Shown here piece after piece: positions 9,005 through 17,023 of a stretch of 64,000 nt of DNA (its first letter is position 1; the number at the start of each line of letters is the position of its first letter). Made by a program: the position numbers and the translations under genes. The stretch comes from Candidatus Thermosaccharophagus gerlachensis (lineage in GTDB: Bacteria > Armatimonadota > Fervidibacteria > Fervidibacterales > Thermosaccharophagaceae). The DNA lies in NCBI GenBank assembly GCA_041538025.1, contig JBGOEV010000004.1, positions 18,161 through 82,160 of the forward strand. Direction: 5' to 3'. The notes under the pieces were generated by a model that had not been told where the DNA came from, did not search any database, and was given only the letters and a program-made list of their open reading frames with translations.

Positions 9005-10606
9005 ATGTTATTCAGGCGCTTCTTTGTTGGATTTGAAATCGGGCAAAGGGAATTAAAGGTGGTCATCCTGCGAAGACATCATGCGGGCGTAGAGATGGTT
9101 GGTTTTGATAGAGTGCGACTAAAAGCTGAAAGCGATGAGGAGAGATGTTACGAGGTTGGCGAGGAGCTTCGGCGTATCATTTCACTGCACGGCGTGAGTA
9201 GCGCTGTTGGTTGTGCTTGTGTGCCGATGAAAACATGTGTTCTGCGCAGGCTTTCTCTGCCACCTGTGAAAGGGCGCAATATACTTGAACAACTCCTGCT
9301 AACGGAGGCGCAAAACCAAATCCCAATCCCTATGAGCAAGATGGCTTTCAGTTATCTCATACAGGCAAGCGGGAGCACAGAAATGCAAGTCCTCATAGGT
9401 ATGTGTAAGCGTGAGGTTGTTGAATTTGTTCTCAGGGCTGCTCACTTGGCTGGGTTGAATCTGCGCTTGATTATACCTTCTACTCTCGCGTGCTGGAATG
9501 CGGTGAGCACCAACTTGCTCACGGAACGCCTCACATGCTTGATTGACATCGGAGAAACAGCTGTTGACATTGTGGTAGGGCACAGGGAGGAAGTTTTTGT
9601 TGTAAGGAGCATACCGATGGGCATTGAACAGCTTGCGAAGGTAGTAGCAGAAGATGTTGGATGCTCACAAGAGGAAGCGGAACTGAGATTGAGAAGAAAC
9701 GGCGTTGATTTATCAACGCTTGACCAGCTTGGAGAAGAGAGTTTTGAGCGTTCCGGGATGTTGTCTTGGTTGTTGAAGTTTGAAGGGGAGTTGGTGAAGA
9801 CAGCTCAAGTTGTGAAGCAAAGTATCGGTGAAGAAATGAAAAGGATTTTGCTCTGCGGTGATGGAGCTGTTTTACCGAACATATCCGAATGGATTGGCAA
9901 GCGCTTAGGGGTGAACGTGCTTCAGTTAGATGCATCAAAAGTTGGTGTTTGGACGAAGGGGCTGGTAAGCCAAAACGAATTGTTGCCACTTGTTGGAGCT
10001 ATCGGTGCAGCACGAACTCTTGCAATGCATATTCCCTCTATCAACTTCATGCCACACCTTAGAGAGGGATTTTTTATTGCGCCAAAATTGATTCGCTATG
10101 TTACACCCGTGCTTTTGGCTTTAAACCTCGTTCTAATTGCAGTTGGTTTGCACTGCAATTTGAAGCTTACAAAGCTACGTGGCGATGCTGAGAAGCTCGT
10201 GATGGCTATTGAAGAGAAACGAGCGGAGCTTCGCTCTGAATTGGTAAGCAACGATTTGCCCGTCATAGTTTCCAAGATGAAAGAAGCAGTTTCAAAGTTT
10301 GGTGACATTAGAAGTGACCTGCTTGAACTGCTCTACAAACTTAGCATGGTGCTCCCAAAAGATGCATGGTTGAGCGAACTTGAATACCGAAGGGATAGTG
10401 AAGTTATTATCAGAGGTGTTGCACCAAGCTATCGTGTTTTGGATGAAATTGTGAACGCCATAAGAGGTATGAAAGCCGATGAAGGTGGCAAAGTGCCATT
10501 GTTTTCAGAAGTGGTTGTGACAAGCGCAATTGGGCGACAGATGGCTGGAAGAACACTGATTGACTTTAGGCTTATGTGTTCGTTTCGTCAAACTCAAAGG
10601 CGGTGA
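9005..10606 (+). CDS. pilM: GspL-equivalent: PilM (actin-like) fused to PilN
   Basis: GFEIG, LIDIG, LCGDGA, INFMP linker, TM helix, then a PilN-like domain (LPKDAWLSEL..IIRGVA). Confidence 0.75.
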   Translation: MLFRRFFVGFEIGQRELKVVILRRHHAGVEMVGFDRVRLKAESDEERCYEVGEELRRIISLHGVSSAVGCACVPMKTCVLRRLSLPPVKGRNILEQLLLTEAQNQIPIPMSKMAFSYLIQASGSTEMQVLIGMCKREVVEFVLRAAHLAGLNLRLIIPSTLACWNAVSTNLLTERLTCLIDIGETAVDIVVGHREEVFVVRSIPMGIEQLAKVVAEDVGCSQEEAELRLRRNGVDLSTLDQLGEESFERSGMLSWLLKFEGELVKTAQVVKQSIGEEMKRILLCGDGAVLPNISEWIGKRLGVNVLQLDASKVGVWTKGLVSQNELLPLVGAIGAARTLAMHIPSINFMPHLREGFFIAPKLIRYVTPVLLALNLVLIAVGLHCNLKLTKLRGDAEKLVMAIEEKRAELRSELVSNDLPVIVSKMKEAVSKFGDIRSDLLELLYKLSMVLPKDAWLSELEYRRDSEVIIRGVAPSYRVLDEIVNAIRGMKADEGGKVPLFSEVVVTSAIGRQMAGRTLIDFRLMCSFRQTQRR

Positions 10607-10610
10607 ATTT

Positions 10611-11207
10611 ATGATGGCTCTGGTAGCAGGTGAGAGTGAAGCCACGGTTGAGAAAGTCAAAACAGATTCAAGGATGGTCATCGTGAATGTGGTGCTACTG
10701 CTCCTTTGTTGCTTGCTCATTGGGTTCTGGGTAATGCCTATGCGCAATGCCATTCGTCAAATGAATAGGGCGATTAGGGAGCAACGTAGCCAGCTTAATC
10801 AACTTGCAACGCAGATTGAGCAGGTAAGAAGGCTGAGGATGGAATATAGCTCGCTATGCAGGTTGATTGGTTCACCTGTGAAGGTGTTTGAGCGCGGAAG
10901 GCTATCATGGCAGCTTGTTTCTGAGATTAGTGAGTTATGTTTACGGAGTGGGCTGCAGATTGATGCACTCCATCCTCACGAAGCTTCATTTGACAACGAT
11001 AAGCGGCTGGCTTCGTTGCCAGTTGAGGTAACTGCAACAGGGACGCTTGAGGCTCTTTCAAGGTTCCTGTTTCAGTTGCGCAAGCTTACGCCAATCACTG
11101 TGGTTGATGGGATGGCAGTCCAGATGCCAAAAGGTGGTAGCGAGAAACTGCAAATACAGATGCGCATAGTGAGGTTTGTTATAGTTGAGCACAAAGGCGG
11201 GCGGTAG
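10611..11207 (+). CDS. PilO/GspM-like assembly protein
   Basis: N-terminal TM helix, coiled coil, LPVEVTATGTLEALSRFL ferredoxin-like motif. Gene order. Confidence 0.72.
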   Translation: MMALVAGESEATVEKVKTDSRMVIVNVVLLLLCCLLIGFWVMPMRNAIRQMNRAIREQRSQLNQLATQIEQVRRLRMEYSSLCRLIGSPVKVFERGRLSWQLVSEISELCLRSGLQIDALHPHEASFDNDKRLASLPVEVTATGTLEALSRFLFQLRKLTPITVVDGMAVQMPKGGSEKLQIQMRIVRFVIVEHKGGR

Positions 11208-11240
11208 GCACTAAAGCTGTAACACTGCGGTGATGAGAAC

Positions 11241-12167
11241 ATGAGATTTGAGGTAACTAAACGAGATGCCGTCATACTCAGCATCTTCATGGTGGTGTTA
11301 GTGATATGTTGTTATGCGTATGTGCGGTGGGCTACATCTCCAAAAGCAAAAGTTAGCACGGTTGAAGCAGATGTTAGGTCATCGGAAATGAAATATGACG
11401 GCGAGAGCTCGCATGGAAGCACGGAAGAAACTTTAAAGCTGTATGTTGAGGAGATGCTCAAGCGACGCACAACAGCAGTGCAAAAATATGAGCTAATATG
11501 GAAGCGCAACATCTTTAGGGAAACAATTGGCGAGGGAGTGGCAACCAGTGCCAATGTAGTTCGTCGGAGCAACATAACACTGCCAGTTCTACCGCCAGCA
11601 AGCGTAGTTGTTAAGCAGGAGGAGCCCTCTTCAAAGCCTGCACAGAGCTATCAAGAGAAGCCAAAGAACATCACATATACAGCTTTTGTGCTTATTGGTG
11701 GGAAACCGTTAGCACTGCTTGAAGATACAAGCATTAAAGATGGATGCTATGTTGGCGAGGGTGAATATGCCTTTGGTGTGAGGGTGCTCAGGATAACGCC
11801 CGATGTAATTGAGGTTGAAAAGGATGGTCAAATCTTCTATTACGCACTTGGCGAGAATAAGGAAGAGCGCGAGCTACTTGCAAGAGGAGGTTCACCTCAG
11901 CCTCAACAGAGAAGCACAACTTCGCAACAAGAACAGCCTGCAAGGTCTTCTGAAACAAGTGCAGGAGGAACATCTCAACCCGAACAGCAAAAGGTAGCAC
12001 AACCCACTGTTACACCACCGCAACCACCAAGCTTTGAGGGGAGAAAAGGGTTCATTGAACGGATAATGCAACGCTTGCGTGAGCGCTATGGCGAGAACAT
12101 ACCGCCAGAAGTTGAAGAGAGGCTCAAACGCTTTAGAAGAAGGCTTGAGGAAGATAGGTCAGATTAA
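11241..12167 (+). CDS. GspC-like single-TM protein (HR-like domain, no PDZ)
   Basis: TM helix, RNIF motif, YVGEGE..VLRITPDVIEV beta domain, Q/P-rich tail. Immediately before the secretin. Confidence 0.55.
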   Translation: MRFEVTKRDAVILSIFMVVLVICCYAYVRWATSPKAKVSTVEADVRSSEMKYDGESSHGSTEETLKLYVEEMLKRRTTAVQKYELIWKRNIFRETIGEGVATSANVVRRSNITLPVLPPASVVVKQEEPSSKPAQSYQEKPKNITYTAFVLIGGKPLALLEDTSIKDGCYVGEGEYAFGVRVLRITPDVIEVEKDGQIFYYALGENKEERELLARGGSPQPQQRSTTSQQEQPARSSETSAGGTSQPEQQKVAQPTVTPPQPPSFEGRKGFIERIMQRLRERYGENIPPEVEERLKRFRRRLEEDRSD

Positions 12168-12214
12168 TCTTTTGGCTCAGTTAGAAACGCATAGCAGTGG
12201 AGGTGAAAAGCCCG

Positions 12215-15200
12215 ATGCTGCCAAAACTTTATCCGATAACGATAGCTTCCATAAGGAAACGAGCACTTATAAGGTTTCTCAGCTTCCTCAACTTGGTTGC
12301 GGTTTTGACAGTTATGTGTGGCTGGCACATGTGTGTGTATGCAACCCAGCAAGCACCTGAGCAGAAGCAGGAAGCTGTTGAGATGGAAGGTGGTGAACAA
12401 CCAAGTAAGAAAGCAGAAGGCTTAACCCCTGAGAGGCGTGGTCAATCGTATAGCGACTTCAAGCCATCATTTGAAGGTTTTGAAGGTAGGGTGAGTTACG
12501 ATAAGGAGCTTAAGCTCTTGTTTTCATTCGTGCGAGCAGACATTGAGCATGTCATCCAATTTTTCAGCAAGGTGACAGGTAAGGTTTTTGTGCTTCATCC
12601 GCAACTTGAAGGCACTGTCACAATCATAGCCCCATCACCACTAACGGTTGAGCAGGCTTTTGAAGTCCTCGCAGCTGTGCTAAATGTGCGTGGCTTTGCC
12701 ATGCTTGGTAGCCCCAAGGATTTCATCATCAGGATAGTTCCGTTGAGCGAGGCTAAGACGCAAGCAACACAACTGCGCACGGAGACAAAGCCGACAGAAA
12801 GCATGCAGGAAGGTTTAGCTACTCGTCCACTCATTCCTGCTGATCAGCTCGTTACGCAGGTTATACCGTTGCGCTACGCCAATGCAAAGCAATTGCAACA
12901 AGAGCTTGCACCGCTTGTATCAGCTCAGAATGCTCTCATAACAAGCACAACTGCTGGAAACCTTTTAATCATCACTGATACGGAGCGAAACATTGAGAGG
13001 TTGCTTAGCATTGTGCGTATGGTAGATGTAAGCGTTGCTGAGGCGATGGAACTTGCCATCATAAAGTTAAAGCATGCCGACGCTGAACAACTTGCACAAG
13101 TATTGGTGAAGCTTTTCGGTATAGTTGAACCTGCACCTGCTCGTCCTCCTGCGCAACCAGGTCAGCCAGCTCAACCTGAGAGCGCAAAGCAGCCACCACA
13201 ACCTCAGCAAAGGGCTGTGGAAATGCAGGTGCAAGTCGTGGCAGAACCACGCACCAACTCGCTCATCGTTTGGGCAAGCAAGGAAAGAATGAAGATGATA
13301 AAAGAAGTCGTTGAGCAACTTGATGTTGAAACCACTGAGCTACTCACATTTGAGGTCATACAGCTGAAGCATGCTGATGCCGTGGAGGTTGATAGAATAC
13401 TCTCGGAGATATTTGAGCTCACACCCGGTGGGAGGGTTGAAAGTGGCACAACACCCGCATTAAGATTGCCGAGGACTGCAGAAACAACAAGGGGTGTGGT
13501 TGGCGCATATGCAATCATTTCTTCAGATCCAAGGACAAACTCGCTCATAGTTGCAGCTACGGAAAGCAAGATGCAGTTCATTAAATCGCTCGTTGAGAAG
13601 CTTGATGTTGACATAACCCCGCCAGTTGAGGTTCAGGTCATACCGCTTAAGTATGCAGACGCTGTAACGCTCTCTGATACATTGAGGACGCTCTTTCAAG
13701 AGGGCATCGCTGGCATAAGGATACCACAAGAAATTCGTGGTCAGTTTGAAAGGGTTAGGACGCGCGTAACGTCACGCTCAAGGGGTGAGCTTGAAAGGCA
13801 AGTTGCAATAGCAGCTGATGAGCGTGCCAATGCGCTTATCGTGGCAGCAACGAAGGAGAACGTAGAGCTCATCAAGCAACTTGTAAGTGAGTTAGACAAA
13901 GACTTTGCACCACCAGTTATGGCGAGGGTTTTTAAACTGCAATATGCAGATGCAGCACAGATAGCCGACGTGCTCAATCAATTGTTTGAACAAACACAAG
14001 GTGTGCAAAGGGGCATCTTCTGGTGGTGGACACAACGCCAACCTACAACCAGATCAGCACGCCTGGTTGGTTTGCGCCAGAATGCAGTTGAGGCAGATGT
14101 GCGCACGAACTCCATCATCGTCGCAGCTACTGAGGAGAACATGAGGGAGTTTGAGCGTTTGATCAGGGAGCTTGACCAACCTGCAACACTTACAAATCTT
14201 GTGCGTGTCTACAAGATACAAAATGTTAACGCAAGGGAACTCGCTGACACGATAAACTCAATATTGGCTCAACAGCGTCGCCCGACTGGCTTTTTCTTTT
14301 TCGTGTTCGCAGCAATGCAAAGGCAATTCCAAGGTCCGTTGCGAAACCTGCAAGACATCTCTGTCACTGCTGACACGAAAACAAACTCACTTATTGTTAC
14401 AGCTCCTCCGTATGCGTTTGATGTTGTTGAGCAACTCATTGAACAGCTTGACACCGTGCTTCCACAGGTCTTCATTGAGGTCATGATAGTGGATGTGACG
14501 CTTACCAAGGAACTTGAATTGGGTGTTGAGTGGGCAGTATTGCAAGAGAGGTTATTCGGTGAGGCTGCTGCTTCAAAGCTTGGGACACAACTTGGTGTAG
14601 AACAAATCCAAGGTGGGCTCTCTTGGGAGGTCGTCAGCAAGAATTTCCAAGCGTTGCTGAAAACACTCGCTACTCAAAACAAAGTGAGGGTTCTCGCAAC
14701 GCCTCACATCCTCACGCTTGATAATACACCAGCAACAATAACGATAGGGAAATCATATCCAGTTCCAAGGAATGTCATAATCACTGCTACAGGTCCGCAA
14801 TACACGATCGCATTTGAGGACATAGCTCTGACCCTTGAGGTAACGCCACACATCAACAACAGTGGTTACGTGCTTATGGATATAAGGCAGACCATAAACG
14901 ACATAGCTGAGAAAGTTGTTCTTCAGGGGCAAGAGTTGCCAGTGATAACAAAGCGTGAGGCGGTGGCATCTGTGCAAGTGAAAGATGGTCAAACAGTAGT
15001 CATAGGCGGTATACTGAAACATGATCTGCGCAAGTTTGTTCAAGGTGTCCCACTGCTCAAGGATTTGCCAATATTTGGTTCGCTGTTCAGCCGCGTGAGG
15101 GACTTGAAGGAACGCACCGAGTTAATGGTGTTCATCACGCCACGAATCATACGCACTGGTGAGGAATTGCAAAGCATCACTGAGAAAGAAAAGCGCTCTC

Positions 15201-15433
15201 TCACATATCCACACTTGCTAAAGAAACTGGTTCCAGAAGGCGGCGAGGAGAATTTGAAGGAGCCGAAAGCAAACAATGATGAAGCAAGCAACGGTGAAGC
15301 AAACAATGCTGGCTCGCAGAGGAACGAAGATGAAGCAGAGGGGGCAGTTGCACCAGAGAACTCGCATACGATTACGATTGATGACCTCAAACTGAAGATT
15401 GAAGTCGGCACGAAAGGGAAGGGTCAAAGATGA
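12215..15433 (+). CDS. gspD: Type II secretion secretin GspD (extended N-domain array)
   Basis: N0 domain, six Secretin_N repeats, QVFIEVMIVDV, ATPHILTLDN, LEVTPHIN, GVPLLKDLPIFGSLF, ELMVFITPRII. ATG 12215 after ggaggtg. Confidence 0.93.
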   Translation: MLPKLYPITIASIRKRALIRFLSFLNLVAVLTVMCGWHMCVYATQQAPEQKQEAVEMEGGEQPSKKAEGLTPERRGQSYSDFKPSFEGFEGRVSYDKELKLLFSFVRADIEHVIQFFSKVTGKVFVLHPQLEGTVTIIAPSPLTVEQAFEVLAAVLNVRGFAMLGSPKDFIIRIVPLSEAKTQATQLRTETKPTESMQEGLATRPLIPADQLVTQVIPLRYANAKQLQQELAPLVSAQNALITSTTAGNLLIITDTERNIERLLSIVRMVDVSVAEAMELAIIKLKHADAEQLAQVLVKLFGIVEPAPARPPAQPGQPAQPESAKQPPQPQQRAVEMQVQVVAEPRTNSLIVWASKERMKMIKEVVEQLDVETTELLTFEVIQLKHADAVEVDRILSEIFELTPGGRVESGTTPALRLPRTAETTRGVVGAYAIISSDPRTNSLIVAATESKMQFIKSLVEKLDVDITPPVEVQVIPLKYADAVTLSDTLRTLFQEGIAGIRIPQEIRGQFERVRTRVTSRSRGELERQVAIAADERANALIVAATKENVELIKQLVSELDKDFAPPVMARVFKLQYADAAQIADVLNQLFEQTQGVQRGIFWWWTQRQPTTRSARLVGLRQNAVEADVRTNSIIVAATEENMREFERLIRELDQPATLTNLVRVYKIQNVNARELADTINSILAQQRRPTGFFFFVFAAMQRQFQGPLRNLQDISVTADTKTNSLIVTAPPYAFDVVEQLIEQLDTVLPQVFIEVMIVDVTLTKELELGVEWAVLQERLFGEAAASKLGTQLGVEQIQGGLSWEVVSKNFQALLKTLATQNKVRVLATPHILTLDNTPATITIGKSYPVPRNVIITATGPQYTIAFEDIALTLEVTPHINNSGYVLMDIRQTINDIAEKVVLQGQELPVITKREAVASVQVKDGQTVVIGGILKHDLRKFVQGVPLLKDLPIFGSLFSRVRDLKERTELMVFITPRIIRTGEELQSITEKEKRSLTYPHLLKKLVPEGGEENLKEPKANNDEASNGEANNAGSQRNEDEAEGAVAPENSHTITIDDLKLKIEVGTKGKGQR

Positions 15434-15546
15434 AATGAATGCTTTTGACCCCGACTTGAGTGCCAGTCAGCTACCTCAAGCTATACTAAGGATTTGGACG
15501 GGAACACACAAGCTTAAATTTTTGGAGCAATGTTTTAGCAGGAGGA

Positions 15547-16995
15547 GTGGGACGAGTTTTTATGAGTGGTGAAGCACGTAATGTGAAGACAAAAGGTAAA
15601 AGTGGTGGTTCAAAGAGGAGGACAGTTTTAGAACCTGCTTTCCATAGTGCTCCAAAGTGCATGGTTGTGTCACTTGGATGCCCTAAGAACACCGTTGACT
15701 CGGAAGTCTTGCTTGCCGAACTTGTGAAACACGGATATGAATTAACTACCGATCCAAGTGAAGCGAGTGCTATTATCGTCAACACATGCGGTTTCATCAA
15801 GGACGCCGTTGAGGAATCCGTGAGTGTGCTCAAAGAGCTTGTTCAGCGGAAGCGATCATCAGGGGTGTTCATAGCTGCAGGATGCTTGTGTTCTCGTGCT
15901 CCTGAGTTGGTTATGCGTCATGTCCCTCAAGTTGATGCTTGTGTGCCAGCTGATAAGCTCAATGAGATACCAACGCTTTTAAATTCAATGCTCGCATGGA
16001 AGCGTAAGCATCCTTTATCCTCTTTGAGCGTTGGCTTAGATCTGAAGTTCAGGCTGCTCAGCACGCCTCCTTGGTATGCATACCTGAAAGTTTCCGAAGG
16101 CTGTGATCGTTCTTGCAGCTTCTGTGTCATCCCCCTGATACGAGGCAAGCAACGCAGCCGAAGAATTGAGGAGCTTTTGCAAGAGGCATCATGGCTCGCA
16201 TCAAAAGGCGTCCAAGAGATTATACTTGTCGCTCAAGAGACAACAAGGTATGGCTATGACCTATATGGTGAGATGATGTTGCCAAAGCTTTTGCGGAGCC
16301 TCTCTAACATTGATGGGATAAGGTGGGTGCGCATACTTTATGGTTTCCCGACAACCGTCACGGATGAATTGATAGAGGCAATGGCTACACTCCCGAATGT
16401 TGCTCACTACATTGACATACCACTACAGCATGTCCATCCAGATTTACTTCGTGCGATGAACCGTCCCGGGGATGGCGAAAGTTATATGAAGCTGATTGAG
16501 AAGCTGAGGAATGCTATGCCAGACATTGCTATTAGGACAACATTCATCGTTGGCTTCCCGGGTGAGAGTGAAACTCACTTTGAAGCCCTTTTGCAGTTTG
16601 TAAAAGCAGCAGAGCTTGACAGGGTTGGTGCTTTTATCTTTTCTCCCGAACCAGAGACAGTTGCTGCAAAGCTTGATGGTCAAATCCCTGAGGATGTCAA
16701 AATTGAAAGATATGAAAGGCTGATGGAGGTCCAAAGCGAAATCTCTCTCAAACTTAATAGACGCATGATAGGCAAAACCATTGATGTGCTTGTTGAGGGA
16801 CGGGATGAAATTAAAAAGATGTGGGTGGGGCGCAGTTACAGGGATGCACCAGAGATTGACGGCGTCGTTTATTTAAGAGACGGGAGTGGGTTAAAAGAAG
16901 GTGTGTTCGTTAAGGCAATGGTTGAGGGTGCAGGAACATATGACTTGTTCGCGAAAGCTTCTTTTGATAGTGGATGTATAAGCGAAAGGAGGTGA
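15547..16995 (+). CDS. rimO: Ribosomal protein S12 methylthiotransferase RimO
   Basis: SLGCPKNTVDSE, NTCGFI, CDRSCSFC radical-SAM motif, C-terminal TRAM with DAPEIDG. Confidence 0.95.
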   Translation: MGRVFMSGEARNVKTKGKSGGSKRRTVLEPAFHSAPKCMVVSLGCPKNTVDSEVLLAELVKHGYELTTDPSEASAIIVNTCGFIKDAVEESVSVLKELVQRKRSSGVFIAAGCLCSRAPELVMRHVPQVDACVPADKLNEIPTLLNSMLAWKRKHPLSSLSVGLDLKFRLLSTPPWYAYLKVSEGCDRSCSFCVIPLIRGKQRSRRIEELLQEASWLASKGVQEIILVAQETTRYGYDLYGEMMLPKLLRSLSNIDGIRWVRILYGFPTTVTDELIEAMATLPNVAHYIDIPLQHVHPDLLRAMNRPGDGESYMKLIEKLRNAMPDIAIRTTFIVGFPGESETHFEALLQFVKAAELDRVGAFIFSPEPETVAAKLDGQIPEDVKIERYERLMEVQSEISLKLNRRMIGKTIDVLVEGRDEIKKMWVGRSYRDAPEIDGVVYLRDGSGLKEGVFVKAMVEGAGTYDLFAKASFDSGCISERR

Positions 16996-17023
16996 AGGGC
17001 GCATAGCTTCGCGCCCAAGAGAA

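Noticed and set aside
14291-14301. T-rich tract in gspD as a phase-variation site or terminator
   Set aside because: Interrupted tract (TTTTTCTTTTT) explained by Phe codons; the frame is intact.
15455-15487. CTTGAG/CTCAAG hairpin and TTGAGT..TATACT promoter before rimO
   Set aside because: 6-bp stem with no U-tract, and the 20-bp spacer is too long for a sigma70 promoter.
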